From: Octopus sinensis
Taxonomy: Eukaryota
Direction: 5' to 3'
Assembly (NCBI RefSeq): GCF_006345805.1
Contig: NC_043000.1
Location: forward strand, 14,942,001 to 15,006,000
DNA: 64,000 nt
Shown here: positions 12,696 to 26,308 of the stretch, piece by piece
Position numbering within the stretch: position 1 is the stretch's first letter
Layout: the number at the start of each line of letters is the position of its first letter
Program-made: the position numbers and the translations under genes
The notes under the pieces: model-generated
What the model was told of the DNA's origin: nothing
The model's input: the letters and a program-made list of their open reading frames with translations, nothing else
Database searches by the model: none

Positions 12696-14330
12696 ATACT
12701 GTACCAAGGACATTTTATTTCTTCATCATCATCATCGTTTAAAGTCCGCTTTCCATGCTGGCATGGTTTGGACAATTTGACTGAGGACTGGTGAACCAGA
12801 TGGCTGCACCAGACTCGTCTTGATCTGGCAGAGTTTCTACAGCTGGATACCCTTCCTAACGCCAATCACTCCGAGAGTGTAGTGGGTGCTTTTACGCGCC
12901 ACCAGCATGAGGGCCAGTCAGGCGGTACTGGCAACAGCCACACTCAAATGGTGTTTTTTACGTGCAACCTGCACAGGAGCCAGTCCAGCAGCACTGGCAA
13001 TGACCTCGCTCGAATGTTTATTCACATGCCAGTAAGGCGACACTGGTAACGTTTACTTCGGATGGTGCTCTTAGCGCTCCACTAGCACAGATGCCAGTCA
13101 TCAAATTTGATTTTGATTTCACTTGCCTCAACAGGTCTTTGCAAGCAGAGTTTAGTGTCCAATGAAGGAAAGGTACGCATAAGTGGGCTGGTTACACCCC
13201 TGGCGTATATATATATAGATAGATTGATATATGTATATATACAGACATTTATGTATGTATATGTGTATTTCCCCTTGTCTTGACATCATGGTTGTAAACA
13301 GGTATCACTGTCATAAGCAATGTTGTTAATTTCAAATGCTTCATGAAAAATATGCCTGGCCATAAGGAAATATAACTCTGATTGTAAACAGATGAGGGTT
13401 GGTGACAGGAAGAGCATCCAGCTGTGGAATATCTACCTCAATAAATTACGTCTGTCCCATGCAAGCATGGAAAAGTGGTCATCATAAGACAATGTTGAAA
13501 TAATTCAAGCAGTGGCAATAAATGTTAAACTCTCTGATGAAGAGGTCAAACATTTGTCTTATAAACCTGCTGTCTGAAATTTAATCAATTCCCCAGGTGA
13601 AGTGAAATGATTAATCAGAGCATCAAAACAAGGATGTGACATCTGCTGGTTCTAAATTTTACATCTAACTCTTCAATACTCATCATACATTTGGCACAAT
13701 TTTACACAACACATTCTTCAAATTTCATAGAATTTTAATTTAAATTTGCAAAACAGGTACTTAGCGTATAAAGATTTCAAAATATTAAACATACAAAAAA
13801 ATGGTCTTTTCTCTTTATATATATAATATATATTATATATACACACATATATATATATAATATATATACATATATAGATATACACACACATATATATATA
13901 CACATAACATATATACACATACATATACATATATATATATGTACATATATACACTTTATATATATATATACACTTAATATGTTTGTGTGTGTATATCTTT
14001 ATATATACATAACAAATACAAGAACTATTTTTATTTTCTCAAATAAAAGTAGCTCTGAAATTTATAAATATTCTCAGCATTTATGATTGAAAACTCTTCC
14101 TTCCCCTACAAATTCATGAGCAATTAACATATTTTTTCTTGCTGATTTGTTTTCAACATACATACATACATATCATCATCATCATCGTTTAACGTCCATG
14201 GAGAACGGACGTTAAACGATGATGATGATATGTATGTATGTATATATATACATACATACATACACACACAAGTGTTTATGTACAAGAAAAAGAGGGAGAA
14301 GAATTTTGGAACTGTGACGATGGCATCAGT

Positions 14331-14526
14331 TTAAGGAGGAACCATGTTCATATTCATTGATGTGGACAAAATGTGGTTACGGTATTGAACACTTAAACCA
14401 GTCATCCAGAACTTTAGCAACTGTTTGTCTTCTTCTTTGGCACCAACCACTTGCAGAAGTTTCTTCATGTCGTCTTCTGATCGGCTGCCACCAGCTTTGG
14501 TGAACTTGAATAGAACCTTTACTTTG
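14331..14526 (-). CDS. FLCN: Folliculin last coding exon
   Basis: [51 protein letters not shown]...PP-TAA; the nine exons sum to 1611 nt (536 aa plus stop) with no frame break. Confidence 0.95.
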
Positions 14527-15189
14527 CTGGAAAAATAAAAAAAAATTAAAATACTATAAAAAGTATTTCATCTAAATGGAGGGTGGGGGTTCCTTCTTAA
14601 TTTTTTACCAACAAAATGAACTGACCTGAAGGAAGTTGATAAAGTTTACAAATAATTTTATAAATGGCTAAATATGTTATTTTTTAATGCTGGACAATTA
14701 TCACCATTTTAATATCCACTTGTTCATGTTTGCATGGGTTGGAGGGAGTTTGTTGAGGAAAAGGCAAAAAAAACCTTTACTAAGTGGTGGGGAAGGTAAC
14801 TTTATGCCAGTAGAAGGACAAACACGGGTGTATGTGTATGTCTCTTCTTGTCTTGATAGCATATTCATAGAAAACTAGTGTCATTCGTTTGCAATCTTTC
14901 ATGTACCACATACAAAGTGCCCATACAAATACCATATGAAAAGCATCCAGTACATTTTGTAAAGTGGTTAGTGTTAGGAAGGGCATCCAACCATAGAAAA
15001 CAGACCACTGGAGCCTGGTGCAGCCCACCAGCTTGCCAGCTCCTGTCAAACCATCCAACCCATGCCAGCATGGAAAACAGAAGTTAAATGATGATGATGA
15101 TATATATATATATATAATGTATGTATATATGTGTGTGTTTGAGTCACTTCGTTTTGACATCATGTGATAGTTGTAAATGATTTTCATTG

Positions 15190-15680
15190 TCCATAGAGAG
15201 GGATTGACAATGGAGATACTGTATGCGGACGACCTTGTTCTGATGAGTGAGATGAGGGAGAAGTTTTGGAAATGGAAGGAGGTGTTTGAAGGTAAACCTC
15301 AGGAAGACAAAGGTGATGGTGAGCAGGGTGGAAGAAGTGTTGTTGGGTAAGGTGGATCCATGTGGTGTATGTGGGAGGAGGGTAATGGTAAATGCAGTGT
15401 TGAGTACAAGATGTGAGAAATGGATTCGTGGTACATGTACGAAAATGAAGAAGGTGACCCCAAGACTCTTGAGAGAGATTGTTTGTGGAAGATGTGAGAA
15501 GCTGGAGGGCTGGCGGAACCAGTGGAAACTGAGAGGGTTTTGTTATTTGGGAGATAGAGTGGATGTGAAGCAGCTGTGACAGCAAGAGCAAGACTTGGCT
15601 GGGTGAAGTTCAGGGAATGTGTAGCATTGTTATATGGGAAAAGGTTCTTGTTAAAGATGAAAGGAAGGGTCCCTGTTGAC
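15190..15680 (+). mobile_element. RTE LINE RT relic
   Basis: EILYADDLVL and KVNLRKTKVMV...PCGVCGR fragments, with stops and frameshifts. Confidence 0.75.
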
Positions 15681-16222
15681 AGGGACAAAACCCCAAAATT
15701 AAAACACTGGATGATGATGACAATAGAATACCAAATACTGTAGTATTCACCTTGAGAGATTCTTTCATATACACATATGGTATTAAGAGCACAGACATAT
15801 ATCATTAACAAACAAAAAATGTCTGGCATGAGTTCCAGAACTGCCAGATCATGTGATTTCACCATACTCGAGTTTCCTCAGTGGTAGGCATCTACTAACC
15901 ACATAGCAGCTAAATCTCACTGCCAACAATATCTAGAATAACACTGATATTGCAAATAGCCAGCAGACTTGTTAAAAAACAAATATTAGCAACAGAAGTA
16001 ATATTAATACCAAATAGCAATCATTATATCTTACTTAATGTGGATGTGTTATTAGAATGCCATATAGAGCGATATTTGCCTTGAGAGATCCTCTCGTGTT
16101 TATGGAGTTCAATACATATGACAGGCATACTGAGCACCCAAAAGTATACTAGTTAGATCATAGACACAAATCTCATTTAATAAACAAAGTGATCAATATT
16201 TAGTAGTAAAAAATATGCTTAC

Positions 16223-16325
16223 TTCATCCATTCTTCTTTTAAACAAATTAAGCATTGTTCAATAACTTCATAGCATAGATTTGTATTTCTTAGTGCAAGT
16301 TCCATACGGATTAGTACCTTAGGAG
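16223..16325 (-). CDS. FLCN: Folliculin coding exon 8
   Basis: (A)PKVLIRMELALRNTNLCYEVIEQCLICLKEEWM(N); 103 nt; gtaagc donor. Confidence 0.94.
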
Positions 16326-17360
16326 CTGAAAAAGGAAGACAATTTTTATAATTAAATACACGTGATTTACCCATGAAATAGAAAAGAAAAAGCAATCAAT
16401 AACATCATCATCATTGTTTAACGTCTGCTTTCCATCCTAGCATGGGTTGGACGATTTGACTGAGGACTGGCAAACCAGATGGTTGTACCAGGCTCTAATC
16501 TGATCTGGCAGAGTTTCTACAGCTGGATACCCTTCCTAACGCCAACCACTCCAAGAGTGTAGAGGGTGCTTTAAGTGCCATCGGCACAAAGGCCAGTCAG
16601 GCAGTACTGGCAACAGCCACGCTCAAATGGTGTTTTTTACGTGCCACCTGCACAGGAGCCAGTCCAGCGGCACTGGCAACGACCTCACTCGAATGTTTTT
16701 TCACGTGCCACCAGCACAAGTGTCAGTAAGGTGACGCTGGTAATGATCACACTCAAATGATGCTTTTTATGTGCCACCGGCACGGAAGCCAGAATTCAAA
16801 ACAAACATGCTTACTGTCTTACAAAACTGTTGGACAAGATCGAAGAGGAGGATTTTCGTGGTAATTCTATAAAACAAGACTAAAAGACAGCGTTACCAGG
16901 CATACAAAAGGCAACTGTTAGAAGGGCAGAAAAGATTCACTGTAAGTAATACACAGAGAAAGATCAATTCCATATGGATAAGCTGATAAATGATCTTACT
17001 TTCTCTTTTTCTAAGTTTTATATTTACAATGGGTTCTCAAAATACAAAGATGATCTGTTTTGGAGGTCTGTTCTTTAACCAAGCTGTTTACTACATGAAT
17101 AATTAAGAACATATAAACAGGGTAATACATTCTAAGCCATGCCCACATAAAAGCAGGAAATGTTTTACTTGTCCATCCATCAACAGCAAATACATAAATA
17201 TATATATATATGATTGATTGATTGATTGATTCTAGTTTCAGCTCATGAACTGTGGCCATGCTGGGGCACCGCCATTATATATATATATATATATATATGA
17301 TTGATTGATTGATTGATTCTAGTTTCAGCTCATGAACTGTGGCCATGCTGGGGCACCGCC

Positions 17361-17393
<33 letters not shown>

Positions 17394-18651
17394 GTGTGAA
17401 TATGTGTATATATGTGTGTGTGTATGCATGTTTTCCCTTTGTCTTCTTCTGTTGATACATAGCTAATCATCATCATCATCATCATTTAGTGTTTGCTTTC
17501 CATGCTAGCATGGGTTGGACGGTTCAACTGGGGTCTGTGAAGCCAGGAGGCTGCATCAGGCCCAGTCTGATCTGGCAGTGTTTCTACGGCTGGATGCCCT
17601 TCCTAACGCCAACAACTCCGTGAGTGTAGTGGGTGCTTTTTACGTGCCACCCGCACAGGTACCAGACAGAGCTGGCAAACGGCCACGAACGGATGGTGCT
17701 TTTACGTGCCACCGGCACGGGGGCCAGGCGAGGCTGGCAACGGACACGAACGGATGGTGCTTTTTACGTGCCAAAAAAATGAGAAAAATAATTTTCTATA
17801 TAAAACAGGAAAATTTCCAAGAAAGATGAAATGTGTTCATAGACATTAACAAACCATACGTACAAGCTTTCCCAGCCACTTAAATGTGTGTGTAGTTTCC
17901 CATGGTTTGTTATTCAAATTTCAGCTCATTGGTTGAATATAATTTCCTTCAGAAAAACATTTGCTAAACAATTGGCTAATTTAGCATACCATTCATATAT
18001 GCTCTTCTAGCACTTATACACATGTGTGGTCTACACAGATTTTGCTGTTCAAATATGAAATCATTAAGCAAATGGACTCCCAGTCATTTATACACATACA
18101 TAACCTGCACATGATTCGTGGATCAAATTTCAGTTCAGTATGCAAATTCAATTTTCTTCAGAAAAATCATTTGTTATTCAATGTTCATTTAGAGAACCAT
18201 TCATATATGGCTATCCCACTGAATATCTGTATGCTACCATGGTAGTATACTTTACTTTTGTAATCTAGATAATGTCAGAGATAGTAGTTTTATAGCTAAT
18301 GTATCTGTTGCATTACCAACCATTCTACTGTAAAAATATCTGTCAGGCAAAACTGAGAGAATCAGAATAATATAAAATACAATTACAATGACTGAAACAT
18401 GTTTTGAACTTATACATATATGTGATCATTAGACCAGCACCTCAAATTCACAACCAGAGTTACCATATCTGATGGCATAAAAGACACACAGGCATATTAG
18501 ATGCACCCCAATTTCAGCAGAGCATAATTGAAGAATAGAAGTTTAGTCATGATAGGTCAGCTGGTATTGACAAATATCACCAGTCCACTGTTACAATAAT
18601 CCCTTTTATAGTACAAATAGTAATAATAATGTTTAAGTAAATATTATTCAT

Positions 18652-18964
18652 GTGGAGGCGCAATGGCCCAGTGGTTAGGGCAGCGGACTCGCAGTCATAG
18701 GATCGTGGTTTCGATTCCCAGACCGGGCGTTGTGTGTGTTTATTGAGCGAAAACACCTAAAAGCTCCACGAGGCTCCGGCAGGGGGTGGTGGTGACCCCT
18801 GTTGTACTCTTTCACCCCAACTTTCTCTCACTCTCTCTTCCTGTTTCTTGAGTAACGCTGCAATTGACTGGCGTCCCGTCCAGCTGGGAAGAACACACAC
18901 TACAGAAACCGGGAAACTGAGCCCATGAGCTTGGCTAGGCTTGAAAAGGGCAAAAAAGAAAAAA
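18652..18964 (+). mobile_element. tRNA-derived SINE, same head with tail type 2
   Basis: TSD AAATATTATTCAT; related copies at 29992-30280 and 53941-54227 (TSD GATAAGATTAGAT). Confidence 0.85.
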
Positions 18965-19176
18965 AAATATTATTCATATAATTAGGTTAGGCAGAAGAGA
19001 CTATCTCGATTAAAATTAACCTATAGTAGTAAACACCAGGGACAAAATTAGCTTATGGGAAACCCAACTTCATGCATAGAACCAGGGATGATTTTCTGAA
19101 ATATTTTGGGGAAAAAAATGTCTTATATGCCATCAAATATGGTACATATAAATTGTTTAAAAATGGAAATTTTTAC

Positions 19177-19402
19177 CTTTATCTGGCAGGATAACATGGC
19201 TACTGATTTTGAACTCATAGCTATTGAGATCTTGTGGTCCCTCTTCAGGACTGAGAATCTCTATTAAAAGGAACTGTTCTGAGTTTAGAATATGGTTAGG
19301 TAACAAAACTCCAAGAGGGACTCCTAAAAAGTTGCAGCGCCAAGATTCTTCATACTTTTCACTGTAAGGAATTATTTTACAACAACCTTTTGGTAATAAA
19401 CC
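19177..19402 (-). CDS. FLCN: Folliculin coding exon 7
   Basis: GLLPKGCCKIIPYSEKYEESWRCNFLG...LPDK; 226 nt, phase 1; canonical splice sites. Confidence 0.94.
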
Positions 19403-22282
19403 CTGTGGTGAGATAAAAAAATAAACAAATAAAAATGCCATGATGAGAGAGAAAAATGATTCAATAAAATTTATTTTTAAAAATGGTGTGCATTGAAGGA
19501 AATTAAAGAGAATTATCAGTAAAAAATAAAAAACAGAATAATTCAACATTAAATCATTAACAACTAATTACATTGTTACAGGGAAGAAGTGTCTGAATAA
19601 ACAAGCTGGACTCTCTTCCCTCAGACCCAGATTTCATATCCAGTTGTTGGCTTTATTGGAAGACAGTTCACTCTATCTGCTGAGCCTTCAAACCTAGTCA
19701 CTTATGTATATATCATCATCATCGTTTAACATCCGTTTTCCTTGCTAGCACGGGTTGGACGGTTTGACTGGGGTCTGGGAAGCCAGGAGGCTGCACCAGG
19801 CTCCAGTCTGATCTGGCAGTGTTTCTACAGCTGGATGCCCTTCCTAACGCCAACCACTCTGTGAGTGTAGTGGGTGCTTTTTACATGCCACCGGCACAGG
19901 TGCCAGGTGAGGCTGGCAACGGCCACGATCGGTTGGTGCTTTTTACGTGCCACCGGCACAGAGGTGAGTCGAGGCAGCACTGGCAACGGCCACATTCAGA
20001 TGGTTCTTTTACATGCCACCAGCACTGGTATCACAACTACAATTTCCATTGATTTTTTATCGATTTCAATTTTGATATTGATTGATTTGATTTTGATATA
20101 TGTATATATACATAACTAACTAGGAAATCAAAATCAAAATCTAGTTACTTATGTATATATATTTATACATTTCCTAGAAATATCAATAAAAACTTATCAC
20201 ATGATATGTTGTCCAAAAAAAAGTTTGAGAATTTCATGGTGATTGAGATAGAAGTAGAATAAAATTCACAATTTAGCATACACAGATGATATAAATGATA
20301 TGATCAGTTAGAGAGAACATCTATACAATCCAGATGTCAAGAAGAGAAAAACACTTAATCCAATGACAATGAGACATCAAAATATACAGGATTGTTTAGA
20401 ATTAGAGAATGTGTGGATTCTTGAGCAGGTTTAAATACCTGTAATCAATAAATTACCAATCAATATTTTTTTTTTTTTCACTACCCACAAGGGGCTAATC
20501 ATAGAGGGGACAAACAAGGACAGACAAAGGGATTAAGTCGATTACATCGACCCCAGTGCGAAACTGGTACTTTATTTATCGACCCCGAAAGGATGAAAGG
20601 TAAAGTCGACCTCGACAGAATTTGAACTCAGAACATAACGACAGACGAAATACCGCTAAGCATTTCGCCCGGCGCGCTAACGTTTCTGCCAGCTCGCTGC
20701 CTTATTACCAATCAATATTAATTAAGTAACAGGAGTGCCTGTGTGGTAAGTAGCTTGCTTACCAACCACATGGTTCCAGGTTCATTCCCATTGCATGGCA
20801 CCTTGGGCAAGTGTCTTCTACTATAGCCTTGGGCTGACCAAAGCCTCGTGAGTGGATTTGGTTGACAGAAACTGAAAGAAGCCAGTCGTATATATGTGTG
20901 TGTATATATATATGTATGTATGTATGTATGCATGTGTGTGTATATGTTTGTGTGTCTGTGTTTGTCCCCCCAACATCACTTGACATCCGATGCTGGTATA
21001 TTTACGTCCCCGTAACTTAGCGGTTCGGCAAAAGAGACCGATAGAATAAGTACTAGGATAACAAAGAATAAGTCCTGGGGTCGATTTGCTAGACTAAAGG
21101 CAGTGCTCCAGGATGGCCACAGTCACATGACTGAAACAAGTAAAAGATTATTCATACAAAGAGGCTAGAGCAGGTTCTCATTTTAGAGGAACTATAGACT
21201 ATTATTTAAAACTAACACATTATCATCATCATTTCACATCTGTTTTCCATGCTGGCATGGGTAGGATTGTTTGACAGGAACTGGCAAGTCAGAAGACTCG
21301 CAACAAGCTCTGCTGTCTGTTTTGAACATGGTTTCCCTGGTTGGATGCCCTTCCTATAATGCCAACCTTCCTATAGTGCCAGGCGAGGCTGGCATCAGCC
21401 ACGGTCGGATTGGTGCATTTTATGTGCCACTTGCACGGAAGCCAGTCGAGGCAGCACTGGCTTCGGCTACGATTCGGATGGTGCTTTTTACGTGCCACCG
21501 ACATGGAAGCCAGTCGAGGTGGCGCTGGCATCGGCCACGATTCGGATAGTGCATTTTACGTATCTCCAGTCCAGGGGTCCTGGCATCTGCCGGGTGCCAG
21601 TCATAGGATTGGTTCAATTTCGATTCCGATTCTTGTGTATCATAATGAAGCAAATAACAAGTAACTTTGTATTTATCAAATGTGAGCACAGTATCTCATG
21701 AAGTTGGGATTCCCCAGTCGAAGACATAAGCTTTACATGTATTTGAAGCAAGAACCGTCTAGTGGAAACACTCTTTAAACAAGCTACATTCATAGAACTT
21801 CAACTCAATCCAAGCTAACACAACACATCACTTATGCATTGATATCAGTTTATAGTAGTGAGCTAAACCTATACATGATGCCTTGTTCAGATCCCAGATC
21901 ATCAGGGATCTAGCAGACCTACCAACAAACCATACCAACCATGACTATCCCATCTTATATTTTAAGACATGATACATCTAGGACTATTATCCAATTTGTT
22001 CGTCATTTTTAAGACAATAGGGTGTGTGTGATTCTAAGGAATCTTGGTAGTTATTTCAAGCAGATGAAGTGACTTCATAGAGGCTGCCACACTGATTCAT
22101 CTACATGATGTCCATTGTAACAAGGTAGACTATGTCATTGAAAGTATGTACAACTACATCACAGAGCCAAGATATCAACCACTGATCCTGCAGCTACGAA
22201 TCTGTGAAGCCTATCGATTCAGTCAACTATAACACCAATCATTATAATAGAACAGATGAAATAATTTTGGGTAATAACAAAC

Positions 22283-22396
22283 CTTCAAGACTTCTAACAT
22301 TGACTTGACAAGCTGTTTCTCTGCACCCTTGACAATTAACTGGTTCCCTATGACAATATGATGGGCCACTGTGTGAAAGTTTAAATAACCAAGCAC
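22283..22396 (-). CDS. FLCN: Folliculin coding exon 6 (DENN domain)
   Basis: VLGYLNFHTVAHHIVIGNQLIVKGAEKQLVKSMLEVLK; 114 nt; cag acceptor and gtttgt donor. Confidence 0.94.
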
Positions 22397-23364
22397 CTGT
22401 AAAAGAAGAAAAAAACACACAATCCATTAGACTACAGTTATTTGTTACTCACTACATTTAGATTACCCTTTAGCATTTAAAACTGGTCATATCCGGCCCA
22501 AATATTTAACCTATTTTATGTTCAAACCAGATCCAGCCTCTTACACATCATCATCATTTCACGTCTGCTTTCCATGCTGGCATGGGTTGGATGGTTTGAC
22601 TGAGGACTGGTGAGCTGGATGGCTGCACCAGACTCCAATCTGATCTGGCAGAGTTTCTACAGCTGGATGCCCTTCCTAATGCCAACCACTCCGAGAGTGT
22701 AGTGGGTGCTTTTACATGCCATCGGCATGGGGGCCAGTCAGGCGGTACAGGCAATTAATGTGGAATATAATGTAGAAATTCACACAACTGCACTTGTATA
22801 GATGTATGAAGGGGTGCTGCAAAAATCCTGGCTTTAAGGGTATTACAAAAGGCCTGGTTGGAGACCCAACCTTCAGAGTTCTTTTACAAGGATTAGAAAA
22901 ACTAAAGGACCACTGCAGTAAGTGTGTGAATCTGAAAGGGGGATATGTTGAATAAAATCATAATTAACTGATCCACCAGTATTTTCTTTTATCCAATGCC
23001 ATGAACTTTTCAACACCCCCTCATTTAGTGCTAAGACACACAAGAATATCATGCCAGACAATTTTCGTTTGCTACTGATATTCCTCTATGCTTTTTAGCA
23101 CTATACATCTATATGAGATAGTTTCTTGAGATGAATACTGCAGTTGTGTGGTTTTCTACTGTACATCACATTGCAAGAGATTGGTAGAGGCAGCTAATAT
23201 ATGGAACGCTGTGAACAACAAATTATAATTTCATTTCAAGTACATTTAAGATAATTAGTAGGGATAAAAAAAGAACATAATATTGATCTGGTGTGGGCAG
23301 AGGTGTATAGTAACTTGAGAAAATTTAGTATTTTAAAGGAAAAAAATTGACAGTACAAAATTAC

Positions 23365-23492
23365 CTGCATAACATTTTGTAAATTATAAAATCTCGGCTG
23401 ATCTGGGTCGGCATCCATTGAATCAATGTCTGGATTTTCTTTGTCTGGACTGGATTTCCTCATGTAGAGTTTTATAAAGCCTTCTTCAGTTT
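23365..23492 (-). CDS. FLCN: Folliculin coding exon 5
   Basis: (E)TEEGFIKLYMRKSSPDKENPDIDSMDADPDQPRFYNLQNVMQ; 128 nt restores phase 0; canonical splice sites. Confidence 0.9.
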
Positions 23493-23841
23493 CTAGAAAA
23501 ATAAAAGGGACAGAATAATTCATTTACACTTTGTAAATGTTCATCCATTCAGGCTTCTACACAATTTTTGTCTATCAATTTCACTCACAAGGCACTGGTC
23601 AGCTGAGGCTATAGTAGAAGATACTTACACATGGGGTCATGCAGAGAGATTGAACTCAAAGATACATGCTTGCAAAGCAAGATTCTTAACCACACAGCCA
23701 GACCTGCGTCTGTGGTCAGTAATCCATCTTAACCTTAGAGTCATTATATATCATGCATTAACAAGCAAAATAAATTTTGGAAATTATTGTTCATCAAAAT
23801 TTTGCTTTATTAAGATTTTTTTTTTAAATTCTTCAACTCAC

Positions 23842-24097
23842 CTTCTAATCTCTCTGTATCCAGAATAGCATCTTCTGTAGGAGGGGCTTCTAGAGAGGTT
23901 TCAGTTATTCGGTTAACGCAAGCTTTAAGGATCCACACAAACGATACATGTAACATTTTGAAAATATGTTTATCATCTGTTAATTCCTTCAATGATCGAG
24001 CTGGCTTGTTACCACCTCGTTGAAACCGGAAGCTTGCTGGGTAAATACTATCTCTGTAGCCTTTCTGCGGACATCTTGTCTGTTCTTCAGTGTAGAC
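23842..24097 (-). CDS. FLCN: Folliculin coding exon 4
   Basis: VYTEEQTRCPQK...PARSLKELTDD...LEAPPTEDAILDTERLE; tag acceptor and gtgagt donor; 256 nt, phase 1. Confidence 0.93.
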
Positions 24098-24182
24098 CTA
24101 ATAAACATTAAGGGTAACATTAGACCAAAGTAAAAACAATTCACTCAACTACTTTGAAAAAGAATGACACACACACATATGC

Positions 24183-24212
<30 letters not shown>

Positions 24213-24218
<6 letters not shown>

Positions 24219-24410
24219 AGAGTTTATGAAAAAACAAAAGACGAAGACAGGTGGTGTATAAAACAAACAGATGTATTAGTATAATGCTCAGGAATAGAAA
24301 AAGTCTTTTACGTTTCGAGCCTATGCTCTTCTACAGAAAGGGACACAGAAAAAACAAGGAGAGAAAACAATGTGTGTAGTGGCTAACGATCTATCATGGT
24401 GACTAGTACC

Positions 24411-24415
<5 letters not shown>
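24213..24415 (-). mobile_element. Penelope-like short element with a hammerhead-like motif (24303-24344), inside a (TA)n tract
   Basis: Minus strand: GTCCCTTT-CTGTAGA-aGAGC atag GCTC-GAAAC-GTA-AAAGAC. Confidence 0.5.
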
Positions 24416-24457
<42 letters not shown>

Positions 24458-24778
24458 TCTTGAAACTTGAGTATGAAGGGGTACTGAAAAGTTCCTGGCT
24501 TTAAGGGTAACACAAAAGGGCTGACTGGAGGCCCAACCTTCCGACTTCTTTTACAGGGCTTAGAAAAACTGAAGGACTGCTGCAATAACTGTGCGAATCT
24601 GGGAGGGGAATATGTTAAATGAAACCATAATTAACTAATCTTCCTCTATCTTTTTTTTACCCAAAGCCAGGAATTTTTCAGCAATCCCTCAGATGTATGC
24701 ACCTGCGTACATATGTATGCATGTATGTACATACGTATGAATGAATGCATGCATGTATTTATTTATTTATGCATATAT

Positions 24779-24991
24779 ATGAGGGGGGTGCTAAAAAGTT
24801 CCTGGCTTTAAGGGTACCACAAAAGGCTTATTTGGAGGTCCAACCTTCCCATTTCTTTTGCAAGCCTTAGAAAAACTGAAGAATTGCTGTAATAAGTGGG
24901 TGAATCTGAGAGTTGGATATGTTGAGTAGAATCATAATTTTCTGACATTTTCTTTTACCCAAAGCCAGGAACTTTTCAGCACTCCCTCATA
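24779..24991. mobile_element. Tc1/mariner-type MITE (~215 bp); related copies at 22806-23023 and 24473-24692
   Basis: TIRs tatgaggggggtgctaaaaagttcctggcttt and aaagccaggaacttttcagcactccctcata in TA context. Confidence 0.75.
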
Positions 24992-25944
24992 TATACCCTC
25001 CCCATTTATCTCTCTTTTTCCAGCTGAGAAAGCCATGTATCTCCTCTATCATACTTTCATCATACAACGTCACTCTATCATACTTTCATCTCAGTTGAAC
25101 AGGGCCTTATTTTCAAAGTTACTTGGTGACCTCGTTAATGCTGGTGCCACAACAAAAGCACCCAGTACACTTGTAGAAACCCATGTCAAAGCAAACACTG
25201 GAGTTTGCCACAGCCTTCTGTTTCCCTGGTTCTTGTCAAGCCATTGAACCCATACCAACACAGAAAACAGATGTTAAACAATGATGATATGTATATATAC
25301 ACACATACATATAAGCATGAAAATTGCATGTTAAAACAATGACCATGGTGTGTGTGTGTGTGTGTATGAGAGAGAGGAGAAAGAGAGCCATTACAGCTAT
25401 AGAGTGCTGACACAACATAGTCTCAAGTTTGGTTCCACTGTGTGATACCTTGGTCAAGTGTCTTCCACCATGGCCCAGGGTCAGCCAAAGCTTATGGATG
25501 GATTTGGTAGGCGGAAACTAAAAGAAGCTTGTCATATATGTAGACCCCTCTGGCACGTAAAAAGCACCCACTACACTTGCTGAGTGGTTGGCATTAGGAA
25601 GGGCATCCAGCTGTAGAAACACTGCCAGATCAGACTGGAGCCTGGAGCAGCCCCTGGCTCCCCAGACCCCGGTCGAACCGTCCAACCCGTGCTAGCGCAG
25701 AAAACGGACGTTAAACGATGATGATGTGTGTCTATACCCTTGCCTTGATATCACATAATGGTTGTAAATGAGCATCACTGTCATACCAGCAGTGTTATTT
25801 GTTTCCAGTTTTCTATGAAACATATTTGGCCATAGGGAAATATTTCCTTGCTTGTAAACAGATGAAGTGACAGGAAGGGTATCCAGCCATGGAAAAATCT
25901 ACCTTAAACAAATTCCATCTGACTCATGCAAACAAAAATAATTG

Positions 25945-26308
25945 GTTCTATATTTAAGAGATGAGAAATTATGTACATTATTTATATTTGACAGATAATT
26001 GTCCTCATCTTGTTTGTTGTTAACACAACGTTTTAACTGATATACCCTCCAGCCTTCATCAGGTGTCTTGGGGAAATTTTGAACCTGGGTTCTCATTCTT
26101 GAGGTATTTTTTGATGTTGTTGTTATTATTATTATTATCATTATTAAGGTCACTGCCTGGAATTGAACTCGGAATCTTGGGGTTAGTAGCCCATGCTCTT
26201 AACCACTATGCCATATGTTGAATGAAATCGTATGGCGTAGTGGTTAAGAGCACTGGCTACTAACCCCAAGATTCCGAGGACAAATATCCATCAAATGTAA
26301 ATAATGTA
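25945..26308 (-). mobile_element. tRNA-headed SINE-like element with a decayed hammerhead tail and an inverted partial copy
   Basis: tRNA-like head at about 26150-26218 (-); GACAC-CTGATGA-aGGCTG...CAGTT-AAAAC-GTT-GTGTT at 26021-26068; inverted head and tail at 26230-26308. Confidence 0.55.

Noticed and set aside
17195-17392. 87-bp tandem duplication
   Set aside because: A SINE-tail fragment between (TA)n tracts; slippage or an assembly artefact.
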